A DNA stretch of 64,000 nt from Octopus bimaculoides (taxonomy: Eukaryota), in contig NC_068984.1 of assembly GCF_001194135.2 (NCBI RefSeq), positions 126,540,566 through 126,604,565 of the forward strand, written 5' to 3'. Positions 24,807-36,441 of the stretch are shown here, piece by piece (position 1 is the first letter of the stretch; every line of letters starts with the position of its first letter). A program made the translations under genes and the position numbers. The notes below the pieces were generated by a model. It worked only from the letters and a program-made list of their open reading frames with translations, had not been told where the DNA came from and did not search any database.

Positions 24807-26257
24807 CTGTAAAAGAAGCAAAGAGATAAAATGTACAACATTTGTGAAGCGATGATTATAATGAACAGAAATAGAAATAATTTCAGAAGATGTTTCGTAA
24901 TTCACTTTCTCAGTGAAATTCGGGAATCTAAGCTGTTACATATTTTTACTAATCTTACTTTTAGCCAACATTAAAATAAATCTGAAGAAATCTTATTTGC
25001 AGCTGTTAAAAATAGCTCTTTATGTATTCACTGCAGGTTTTTTTGCAAGGGCTGCAACTGGCACAGATCAACACAGCTAATTGGTAAGCTATAGAAATTG
25101 TAGAACGTTGCACCATTGCAGGCGTAATATGGTTTCTTATATCAAACAGTGATTACAGAAAAAGGAAGTGTGGGTAAAATATATTTGAAATATAAACCAA
25201 AAGGGAAAAAAAACCCCTTCAAATAAATCTGAACTCTGAAAGATCATTGCTATGTTAGTGATATCTATTATGCATTTAATGTGGTAACACCTGAGGTGAA
25301 TATTCAAGTAAGGAGGCAATCTCATGCTGAAGTAATACTTATTGTTAAAGTGGGATTCTGCATATTTCATATGAGTAATTCACCAGTGAATAATTCCCAT
25401 AGCAATTCACTGCACCCAACACATCATAATTCTTACAACTCCTTGAGCTCCCAGTGAAAATATTCAAATATAACCTATGTTTTTTACTGCAATACACATT
25501 TTTTCCCAACAAGCTATACATTTAACAGTAGTGATTACTTTCTAACATAACCTATAGTTTTCACAGCAGTATATAGTTACCTCAGTAAGTTATTGCAACC
25601 TTTCATTCCCACAATAATATGTAATAAATAATAGAAAATAATAGAAAACCTTATATTCCTTGTAAAGGTGCCTGGCTTAGTAGTTAGGGTGTTGTACTCC
25701 TAATCATCAGATATTGGGTTCAGTTTCTGGACCAGGCAGCATGTTGTGTTCTTGAGCAAAACATTTCCACATTATTCTAGTGCTATTTGGGGACCAGCAT
25801 GTCACAGAATAAACCCAAGATTTCCTCTGTATCTCATCAAAGGCAACTAAAAGAGGTTGAGCTGGGATTTGCACTCTGACCGCATAAAACCCTCACCAGC
25901 AACAGATGACCCATAACAGACCCATGGGTTGGAGGGATGTCACCTGAGTGGTACAAAGGTATTGTCTGTCAGGAGTAGTAGGGATTCACCAGCAAATGGT
26001 GTATGCAGTGATGTGCTGTTACAGTGCATGTCCCCATACTGCTTACAGACCTTTCAGTAACTTCTAGCAATCATTACTTCTCATTTATAGTTTCTTCTGA
26101 AACATATGTAGCCAATTTAACTTCATGGTACCATGTATATTGCTATAACCTTCATAATATTTAATAGCTTCTACAGAAGTATATAGGTCCAACAACAGTT
26201 TATGTGTCAAGCAGTTGGATTAAACTTAAAAACAATATTGTTGTGAAGTATACTTAT

Positions 26258-26308
<51 letters not shown>

Positions 26309-27009
26309 NNNNNNNNNNNNNNNNNNNNNNNNNNNNNNNNNNNNNNNNNNNNNNNNNNNNNNNNNNNNNNNNNNNNNNNNNNNNNNNNNNNNNNNNNNNN
26401 NNNNNNNNNNGGGGGGGGGGGGTGTAAGTGCTCCTCCTCCTCCTTCAATAATTCTGCCTCAAAATCTATTCCTTTTGAAGCCATGCTGGTATAGTATCTT
26501 TATGACCATTAAGGTCTATAGTGTAAAATTTATCTGTGCATGAAAGAAAATGGAAAAGACCTGCATACAGTGCTGTTAACGGAGGTTTAACAACATTGTT
26601 TCACACAAAAACGTGAGTCCAAGAAGTAAACCTTCTTTCAAGGCAAAGCTAGAAATGCAACTGTCAAGTAGTAAAGAGGTTTTAAACAGGAGTGATATAT
26701 TCAAAATTGGTAAAACTAAAAATTGTCAAGGATAAATTAGATTTATTATTGTTACTGAATATGTTAATGTTATTTAATTTCTGAAGTTTCGCTGCCATTT
26801 GTTTATGTAGTTTGATTTCTTTATCCATCAGTTTCTATTAAGATAGAGACGCGAATAAAATTAATAATAGAGAAATGAAATTAAAACTTTGGAAACAGCA
26901 ATGCCACCATAGCTTATGTGGAGATCATGAGTGTACTTTGAAGGGAGATAATCAGAGAAAGACTTGAAAGTGACCGTAAGATCATAATACTTCATGTAAA
27001 GTAAATATA

Positions 27010-27209
27010 ACCAATAATCCAGAATCCTTGTCCAGTACTGGATTGATCCCAAAATCTAATCAGTTTGTGCCAGTCGCAGGGCCAAATATCCCTGAAAGTT
27101 TCATCCGAATCCATCCAGCCATTTTTGAGATATCTTGTCCACAGACAAACAAACAAATAAACATGACTGAAAACAATACTTTCACCTTTGCTAAGGCAGA
27201 GGTAATAAT
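27010..27209 (+). mobile_element. Helentron-associated (DINE/HINE-like) non-autonomous element
   Basis: caaaatctaatcag...aagtttcatccgaatccatccagccatttttgagatatc, (CAAA)n microsatellite, and a 3' stem-loop acctttgc-taag-gcagaggt (27184-27203). Confidence 0.55.
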
Positions 27210-27930
27210 GGTTTCAGATTCTAGCACAAGGCCAGCAATTTTAGGTGAAGGAGGTTAGTCAACTACATTGATCCAAGTACTTTATTTTATTGACCCTGAA
27301 ATGATAAAAGGCAAAGTTGACCTTGATAAAATTTGAACTTAGAATGTAAAAAAAAAAATGAGAAGAAATGTTGCTAAGCACTTTTCCCAATGCATTAACA
27401 ATTCTGCCCGATTGCTACCTTACTACTACTACTACTAATAATAATAATAATAATAATAATAATAGTAATAATAATAATAATCCTCTCTTATTTTTGCACA
27501 AGGCCAGCAGTTTTAAGGAGTAAGGGAGTTGATTACATTGCCACTCCCCCCCCCCATCATGGTGTTCAACTGGTACTTGTTTTATTGACCCTGAAAGGAT
27601 GAAAGATAAAGTCAACCTCGGTGGAATTTGAACTCACAACATAAAGACAGACAAAATGCTATTAAGCATTCTGCCCAGCATGCTAATGATTCTGCCAGCT
27701 CACTGCCATAACAACAACAATAATGGTTTCAAATTTGGCACAAGGCCAGCAATTTCAGGGGAGAGGATAAGTCAATTACATTGACCCCCAGTGCTTGAAT
27801 GATACCTATTTTATTGACCCTGGAAGATAGTTGGCCTTGGTGGAATTTGAACTCAGAACGTAAAGACAGATGAAATGCCACAAAGTATTTTGTCCAGTGT
27901 GCTAACGATTCTACCAGCTCACTGCCTTAA
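27209..27930 (-). mobile_element. Three tandem head-to-tail SINE B copies
   Basis: Copies at ~27209-27420, 27490-27710 and 27724-27930, separated by (TAA)n/(CAA)n. Confidence 0.85.
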
Positions 27931-28908
27931 CAACAACAGCAACAACAAGAATGATCATAGTAATCCTCAACTACTATTTCACTGATTTAAATTTTTTTTG
28001 ATGTTTTTTTTTAAAGAAAAACTGTTCTGTCAGAGGATTAATAAATGATTGTTAATAATTCAAGAAATCAAGTGTTCAATAATTAATATCTTTATTTCTT
28101 TTGTTTAAAAAAAGATAGAAACTAATCATAGTATAACGGTTTCAACAAATCATTTCAAAGAAAATAAAAATAATGAAAATGAACAAACAGAAACACAATA
28201 CATAATAGAAAATCATTAAATAAAAATCGAGACAAAAAAATGACAAAACAATGTAGGAAATTTTAAAAAATCAAAAATAACAAATATAGAAAAAATAATT
28301 CGTAAAACATGGAAAATTATATAAAATTATTATATGATAAAAAAAGGACAGTTTTATTTTAATTGAAAGTTTCGATTTTAAATCTTCAGTGATTTTTAAT
28401 TCTATAATTTCATTTCTTATTTTTTTTCCTTGAGAATGAAAGAGAATGTTCATGATCATATTGCTCAACAGTGATGTTGTCTACTTTGAATTGAAATATT
28501 AGCTTAGCTTGTCTGCTGTAGTCCTTAATTAACACCAAAATTGACAAATTCTAAAAATTGTGGTGAATATTTGATTGAAGATGTCGATAATCGAGTTACT
28601 TGTTGTCGAAATCTTCATTTGCATTCCTAATTATCTCCTTGCATAGATTTTCATGTATTCTTTTGCAGTTACCATGTTTGTATGTATAAGTTTACAGAAG
28701 TGGGTGCCATGTTAGATCTAAATGTTTCTCATTTCTAGCTCCTAACATGATTTTAATCTGCTTATTTCCTTTGCCTGATATTAAAACACATTTTTGGTTT
28801 CTGTCTGTCTGTTTATATCCTTCTCTCACTTACCCTTACTTACACTCACATACAAATTCTCTCTTCCTCTCTTACACTACACATCTATATCTCTCTCTTT
28901 CTCACACA

Positions 28909-28965
<57 letters not shown>

Positions 28966-29335
28966 TCTCACACACACAGTCATACATATATGCTCTATTT
29001 CTCTTACGCACATCTACAAACATCTTAAAATGGGCTATGTCCCATGATGCTTTGCTACAAGAGTTGTAAGATATTCTCCGCGCTGTATGTATGTGTGGTG
29101 TGGTGTGTATGCATGTGCTTTTATGTGTATGTACTATGTGTGTGTGTGTGTGTGTGTGTATATAAATGTGTGTGTTAGATTGGTTGGGTGGGAGATAAGA
29201 AGTTTTGGCTTGTATATTGAAGTTTAAACTGTTGTACAGTACTGTATATGCATGTATATGTGTATATTTTTACATACACACACACACACACACATGTACA
29301 TACATTTATCTGTTTATCAATGTGTGTGTTGTCCA

Positions 29336-29374
<39 letters not shown>

Positions 29375-29519
29375 TGGTTATCTCTTTTCTATTAACAACC
29401 CTAACAAATGGGAACCACATGTATATATAATACATTTTTCAATTAATTTATTTCAGCCACAGAATTTTAGCACATTTCAAGTTATAAACAATCAGATGAA
29501 GCAAAGTATAAGACATTGA

Positions 29520-30600
29520 TAGTTGAAGGTCCATGCAAAGCCAAAATTGGCAGTAGTGCATCATGAAGTTCTAGTGGTTCTTACAGATGAAACAGTAAAA
29601 CAATAACAAAAATTTTCAAAAGAAATAGTTAATAAAAAAACCAAGTTAGAAAATCACTGCTTTACAAATTAGTAATTTCCATGGAACAGGAATTGTAATC
29701 TAGAATAGAGTTGAAGAAATATTGCTTTTATAAGTGATGTGAAATAGAGAATATAGTCAATAATTTGAAAGTGATTTGTTTTTGTTTATCTTTTTTTTTT
29801 TTCTAAATAGGAATAACTTTAGGAATTTATAATGAATTAAGAAAAAACACAAATTTGGAGGGATTGATTAATTAGTAATAGAAATATTCAGCTCATATAT
29901 TTTTCAAGGATTGAAGAAAGCCAGTAATAGTACTATCATAACCAGGACTCTGTTTTGGTTTCTAGTTACCTCTATACAAATAGGCTTAGAAGTAGTTAAT
30001 GCTGTTGTGGAAGGTGGTATTTTGTCTAAAAATTCCAATAGACATTTGAGGAGAAATTGAGTGCATTTGTGAAAATGTGTCCTATACTTAAGTAATATCT
30101 ATGAAAAGGTTCTGTGATATGCTCCGCATCTCCTAGGTTTCCACCATATAATCAATAAAATAATCAAGGGATAAATTTGGTTTCGATTTCCTATTTAGAG
30201 CTTCATTGATAGTTCACCATGTTTTTTTCCGTATCGTTTTTATATTGGGAAAATAAGCTGGAGTAATGGTTGATTTCAGCGTTTTGCATACATTTTGTAA
30301 TAAGTCGATTGTAAGATTGAATATTTGTTTTTAAAGATTTTTTTGCTTTGACTCTCTGGATCCTCAATCTTCAACTGCTCGATGTACATGCTATTTCTTT
30401 CCTTCTTTATTTTTTTTCATAAAAGCTGAAATTCCATTCATCATTCAAGGTTCTTTTCTATGTTTATATTTATTGAACTGAACAATATTTGTGGGTGTTA
30501 TCAGTATTTTTTTTTATAACTCTGTGATAGTTGAAAGAAGACATACTGTATCTATATTAACAACTTCACTATCCAGCAGTTGCATTATAGCTTTTCTCTG
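29520..30600 (-). mobile_element. L2/CR1-type LINE ORF2 remnant (linker and RT N-terminus)
   Basis: NIVQFNKYKHRKEP*MMNGI, KNDTEKTW*TINEAL, LINQSL, KVIPI segments in order with frameshifts. Confidence 0.65.
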
Positions 30601-30699
30601 CTACTTCGCATTGTAATTGGTCAACATCTAATTTTGTCTACATAGCAACGTAGCAGATTGCTTTAATTTTATTCTATTCAGGTCTTATCAATTCATATA

Positions 30700-31160
30700 A
30701 AGATTCAAAGATATAAATTGTTGAACCAGGTTATGAAAGTTACAAAAATTGTTATAACTCATTTAATTGGGAAAAGAAATGCAATTTGGCTTTGTGCCAG
30801 GAAGAAGTAAAACTGATGCCTTCTTCCTAATGTGTAACAACTGCAAGATAAGTACTTAGCTAACTGAACATTCTTCTCTTTGGAGAAGGCCTTTAATAGG
30901 ATCTCTTGTTATGTGATCTGGTGGTTATTAAGGAATCTAGGATTAGACAACGGACTTGTTGGGGTTGTACAAACCAAGCACAGAATTGTGGTCAGTAAGG
31001 TGAGAGTCAGCAAATAGTTCAGTAACAAATTTAGTGTGCAATTTGGGGGCTACTAAGGTTCATTTTTCAGTCCCCTACATTTATCATAGTCCTCCAAGTT
31101 ATAACAAAAATGTTTAAGACCAGTCATCTTTGAAAACTTCTATATGCTAGCTTGTATTGC
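30700..31160 (+). mobile_element. RTE-clade LINE reverse-transcriptase remnant
   Basis: IKLLNQVMKVT, MQFGFVPGRSKTDA, EKAFNRI..VIWWLLRNLG, FSPLHFIIVLQ. Confidence 0.85.
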
Positions 31161-31319
31161 TGAATCTGTACTAGAATTGGAGAAAACGTTCTAGACATGA
31201 AAGCAAAACCTGAAATGAAGAGACATCAAATATTTGAACTATACTTTAACCATATAAGTTTGATCAGTCTGAGATGGTGGGCAAAGGTCATGGGTGCTGT
31301 TTTTGTCTTATAAAAAACC

Positions 31320-32165
31320 CCACACATATAATCATTTATATTCAATGTCCATGTTTCATTAGTATACACTGTCACACATCTTACATACATCACTTATATG
31401 AAGGGGTGCTGAAAAGTTCCTGGCTTTGGGTAACAGAAAGTACAGGAGGATGAGTTAATTATGATTTTATTCAACATATTCCCCTCTCAGACTCACACAT
31501 TGCAGTGGTCTTTCAGTTTTTCTAAGCCTTGTAAAAGAACTCAGAAGGCTAGGCCTCCAACCAGGCCTTTTGCAAAACCTTTAAAGCCAGGAAATTTTCA
31601 GCACCCTCTCATATATGTCCTCTACATTCTTTGTCCATTTTTCACCAGGATTCACCATCACACATCTTACACTACATATAATCCTCTACATTTATTTTCC
31701 ATGTTTCACTACCATACACCATCACGCATCTTACGTACACCACATATCATCCTCAACATTCATTGTCCTTGTTTCATTTACATGTGAAGTGGTATCACAA
31801 AGTTTCCAGAAGGTCATTGCTAGCTCTCACTGCATACACAACCGTGTGCTACATCTGCTGGCATTCTACAGAACTAGTCAGAAAACTTTTTGATTCTGCC
31901 ATCACATCTTATACACACCACATATAGTGTACTCCATTCACCGCTCATGTTTCACTACTGTACACCATCACATAATCTTCTACATTTACTCTCCATGTTT
32001 CACCATTATATGTCTTACACACACCACTCATAATCCTTTACATACACTTCCCATGTTTCTTCCTTACCATACGCCATTACACATTCTTATACACACCATA
32101 TATAATCCGCCACATTCACTGTCCATGTTTCACTACCATACATCATCCTATTTCTCACATTGTGT
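31320..32165. repeat. Degenerate C/A/T-rich minisatellite interrupted by MITEs
   Basis: Recurrent ccatgtttcactaccatacaccatcacacatcttac units on both sides of the MITE insertions. Confidence 0.7.
31399..31611. mobile_element. Tc1/mariner-type MITE (213 bp)
   Basis: TA TSD (31397-8, 31612-3); TIRs tgaaggggtgctgaaaagttcctggcttt / aaagccaggaaattttcagcaccctctca. Second copy at 43731-43947. Confidence 0.88.
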
Positions 32166-32971
32166 AAGTTAACATTGCACATTTATAAGCACCCTATCCT
32201 CCTCCTTCCTCTCCACTGTAGAATTGTCGGGAAATTTTCAAGCGATAAAATTGATGGCTTAATGTCTTGATATTTAGTTTATGTTATTTTTGCACTTAAT
32301 GGAACAGTTCTAGTGTATGTTTATTTGTTTTTATTGTTGCTATACAATATTTCTTTATTTTATTGTATATTTATTGGTGCCATCTTAAATATGTCTGCCA
32401 AACTTTCCATTGCACACACCAGTCTATTAAAACAAACCAGTTACATCTAATATCTTAATTTAATAGAATCAAACTGTTCTTTCTTTTTTTTTTTTTTTTT
32501 CATTACCATTCCAGAAAAACAATGTATTTGTAAATGTTCCACAAGGAATTGTATAAACATTGTCCAAATGCTGAATTGTTTATAGCAATTGTCTAGTCAT
32601 TATTTTTCTGTAAAATAGCCCAGCTGACCTCTTGTGAAATACATCATGGGGAATGGAAAAATGGTCTTTGAACACTTTTTCTATTTTCACCATAAAATAA
32701 AATTTTGTACGTGATTGAATTATACATTCAGAGATTATATATGTGTGTGTGTGTGTTTGTGTATTTGTAGACATGGTCGTGTGGTTTCGGATTCAGTCAC
32801 ACTATGTGGCTCCTTGGGCAAGTATCTTCTAGTATAGCTCTGGGCTGACTAAAGCCAAAGCCTTGTGAGTGGATTTGGTAGTCAGGACCTGAAAGACGAA
32901 TATATATATATATGTGTGTGTATGTTTGTCTCTCCTTGTTTTTATATTGCATGATTGTTGTAAATTCCCAA

Positions 32972-33121
32972 TATTAAAGCTGAACAGAAAATCTTCACAA
33001 ACTGTTACTCAGAGTTTCATGTGACCACTCGTCAGAGAGTTGTGATAATACTCGCAAATGTCTGACAACAGTCATATGAAACTCTAAGTAACAGTTTGTG
33101 AAGATTTTTTGCAACTTTAAT

Positions 33122-33122
<1 letters not shown>
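32972..33122. mobile_element. Fold-back element with two outward-facing type-I hammerhead folds
   Basis: ~60-bp arms. Minus fold 32995-33045 and plus fold 33052-33101 (see findings). Confidence 0.8.
32995..33045 (-). ncRNA. Type-I hammerhead ribozyme fold with intact catalytic core
   Basis: TCACAACTCT-CTGACGA-GTG GTCA CAT-GAAAC-TCTGA-GTA^ACAGTTTGTGA. Intact CUGANGA and GAAA, GUA triplet, 3-bp helices II and III, ~9-bp helix I. Confidence 0.7.
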
Positions 33123-33152
<30 letters not shown>

Positions 33153-33525
33153 TTTCCTTTGTCTTGTTTCTGTCTATCCATGGTTATATTTTTAGCAAAA
33201 AATAAATATTATTTTCTATATCATCATCATCATCATCGTCATTATTTTAGCGTTCACTTTTCCATGCTTGCATGGGTCAAATGAAATTTACACATACCAA
33301 ATGAAATATCTACATGCATATTATTGAACCATTGGTACACAGTCTCCCAACCATTTATATGCATGCATAGTCTACTTTTGGTTTCTAGTTCCAATTTCAG
33401 CTTATTGGCTAAATATAAGTTTCTTTCAGAAAAATTGTTTGCTATACAATTCCTTCGGGTGATTGGAAAACAAACTTCTTAACCACACAGCCAGGCCTGT
33501 GCCTCTCTCTCTCTCTCTTTCTCTC

Positions 33526-33578
<53 letters not shown>

Positions 33579-33600
33579 AACACACATATATATATATACA

Positions 33601-33640
<40 letters not shown>

Positions 33641-33650
33641 NNNNNNNNNN

Positions 33651-33699
<49 letters not shown>

Positions 33700-33767
33700 G
33701 TATATATGTATGTTGGGGCAAACAGGAAAAATAGAACTCAAAGTATGAGTATATGTATATTTTTATT

Positions 33768-33929
33768 AACAGTTAGCAGAAGAAACAGAGTGACTCACTG
33801 CCTGAGAGTTTCGTGTGTTGGCACTTTCATGCAGTGGCACTTTTGTACATTGGGACTTATCAAGCTTGATAAATACCAATGTATGAAACTCTCAGACCTT
33901 GGGTCACTCTGTTACTTTTGCTAAATGTT
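33768..33929. mobile_element. Fold-back element with three hammerhead-like cores
   Basis: Arms ttagcagaagaaacagagtgac / gtcactctgttacttttgctaa, central palindrome ttatcaagcttgataa. Plus core TTGATAA-ATAC CAAT GTAT-GAAAC-TC...GGGTC. Confidence 0.7.
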
Positions 33930-34049
33930 TATGTGTGTGTGTGTGTGTGCATGTGTGCGTGTGTGTTTGTGTGTATGTATTCTTTCTAAGCTTTCTCCTG
34001 TGGAAAATGAGAAAGTGTTGCTTTGTGTGTGTGTGGTTTGTGGGGGGGA

Positions 34050-34375
34050 TGTGCTTGAGTTGTGTGGGCCTGGTCAGCCATTAGAGAACTCACAGGAATC
34101 GACCCATGATATGGCTATTGTTCACAACAGAACATGTGCAACATGTGGAAAGGTGTGCCTCTCAATTGGAAGATTGAAAAGGCATGTCAAAAGAGTTCAT
34201 ACTGTGGCACTTGTGCCTTCTGCCAGCCAGCACAGCTGTGCATCATGCAATAAAATGTGCAAAACTTTCACTGAGCTCAAGAGTCATACAAGAACCTCAC
34301 ATTGCATTAATAATGACTCATTTTAGTGATTCTTTCTAGCAATGGCTTTGCTCGTATATGAGGAAGCAGCTAAGA
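34050..34375 (+). mobile_element. 5'-truncated LINE 3' end (RTE-like) encoding two C2H2-like fingers
   Basis: CATCGKVCLSIGRLKRHVKRVH and CASCNKMCKTFTELKSHTRTSH, with no TGEKP linker. Short 3' UTR with stem-loop ctcg-tata-tgag before an AT-rich tail. Confidence 0.55.
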
Positions 34376-34696
34376 TATATATATTTACAGTAATCATCAT
34401 CATCATGATCCTTGGATGGAATTTATAAATATTTTAATGCATTGCATTATTAATGCGATGCATTAGAATATTTATAAATTCTATCCAAGGGTTATTGTTA
34501 TTATTATTATTATTATTATTATCATTATTATTATTATTATTACTATATTTATCCTACATTATATCAACACAGCTCTGTGCAACTCCAAAAAACTGGTAGT
34601 GCTACTTGACATCATTAGGCTGTAACTGGCATAATAAAATGGCTTTTGTATGCATATTCAAAACGTTTCCCATAAATGAACTTAAAGGATATATAT

Positions 34697-35103
34697 ACTC
34701 TTTTACTCTTTTACTTGTTTCAGTCATTTGACTGTGGCCATGCTGGAGCACCGCCTTTAGTCGAGCAAATCGACCCCAGGACTTATTCTTTGTAAGCCTA
34801 GTACTTATTTTATTGGTCTTTTTTGCCGAACCGCTAAGTTACAGTGACCTAAACATACCAGCTTCGGTTGTCAAGCGATGTTGGGGGGAACAAACACAAA
34901 CATACACACGCACATACATATATATATATATACATATATACGATGGGCTTCTTTCAGTTTCCATCTACCAAATCCACTCACAAGGCTTTGGTCAGCCCGA
35001 GGCTATAGTAGAAGACACTTGCCCAAGATGCCACAGAGTGGGACTGAACCCGCAACCATGTGGTTCGTAAGCAAGCTACTTACCACACAGCCACTCCTTC
35101 GCC
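34697..35103 (-). mobile_element. SINE family A, young full-length copy
   Basis: CpG-retaining, near-identical to the reverse complement of 50203-50616. Confidence 0.92.
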
Positions 35104-35209
35104 TGTATATATATTCTTTTATTCTTTTATTTGTTTCAGTCATTTGACTGCGGCCATGCTGGAGCACTGCCTTTAGTTGAGCAAATCGACCCCAGGAGTT
35201 ATTCTTTGT

Positions 35210-35895
35210 NNNNNNNNNNNNNNNNNNNNNNNNNNNNNNNNNNNNNNNNNNNNNNNNNNNNNNNNNNNNNNNNNNNNNNNNNNNNNNNNNNNNNNNNNNN
35301 NNNNNNNNNNNNNNNNNNNNNNNNNNNNNNNNNNNNNNNNNNNNNNNNNNNNNNNNNNNNNNNNNNNNNNNNNNNNNNNNNNNNNNNNNNNNNNNNNNNN
35401 NNNNNNNNNNNNNNNNNNNNNNNNNNNNNNNNNNNNNNNNNNNNNNNNNNNNNNNNNNNNNNNNNNNNNNNNNNNNNNNNNNNNNNNNNNNNNNNNNNNN
35501 NNNNNNNNNNNNNNNNNNNNNNNNNNNNNNNNNNNNNNNNNNNNNNNNNNNNNNNNNNNNNNNNNNNNNNNNNNNNNNNNNNNNNNNNNNNNNNNNNNNN
35601 NNNNNNNNNNNNNNNNNNNNNNNNNNNNNNNNNNNNNNNNNNNNNNNNNNNNNNNNNNNNNNNNNNNNNNNNNNNNNNNNNNNNNNNNNNNNNNNNNNNN
35701 NNNNNNNNNNNNNNNNNNNNNNNNNNNNNNNNNNNNNNNNNNNNNNNNNNNNNNNNNNNNNNNNNNNNNNNNNNNNNNNNNNNNNNNNNNNNNNNNNNNN
35801 NNNNNNNNNNNNNNNNNNNNNNNNNNNNNNNNNNNNNNNNNNNNNNNNNNNNNNNNNNNNNNNNNNNNNNNNNNNNNNNNNNNNNNNNNNNNNNN
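35210..35895. other. Assembly gap (N run)
   Basis: Ns. Confidence 1.
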
Positions 35896-36379
35896 TATAT
35901 ATATATATATATATATATATATGAATGAATAAACGAATGGAAATGTGACTAAGTGACATCCATTACACTATATAATGGCAGTAAAATAGAATCTACCACA
36001 CTATGAGTTGTGTAATATCTACCTCACCTTATGTGTATGTTTAATACACACAAAACCCTAAAAGAAATTCTGCAACACCCAATTTGTTATTTCAATAACT
36101 AAGTGAGGTGAGGGCATCACTTAATCTCTCTCTCTCTCTCTCATTCTCTTAAATTTCAGGAATTATCTGAGAGTTTCAGCTTGACATTTCACTTCCGTAT
36201 TCTTAATTGGCTTTGAGTAAATTAATTTGAAATTTGGAATTTAAGGAGAAAGTGGATTCTTGATCCCCCTCCTACTACTGCCACCATTGTTGTGGTAGTA
36301 TATTGGGATGTAGATTCTGATATTCTGGAATTTCTCCTTTACTACATTCTGTGTATGTGTGCATGCATGTATGTGTGCA

Positions 36380-36441
<62 letters not shown>

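Noticed and set aside
25037-25083. Plus-strand pseudo-exon ctgcag|...TG|gtaagc (47 nt); similar case at 45395-45440 (46 nt)
   Set aside because: No IMMP2L homology, frame-shifting length, and no other support.
28576-28620. TTGAAGA...GTCGAAAT hammerhead-like string; similar weak strings near 24880-24915 and 26783-26830
   Set aside because: Helix I and/or II cannot be formed convincingly.
35110-35209. Apparent tandem second SINE A tail right after the full copy
   Set aside because: Ends at an N gap; may be an assembly artefact or an ordinary adjacent copy.
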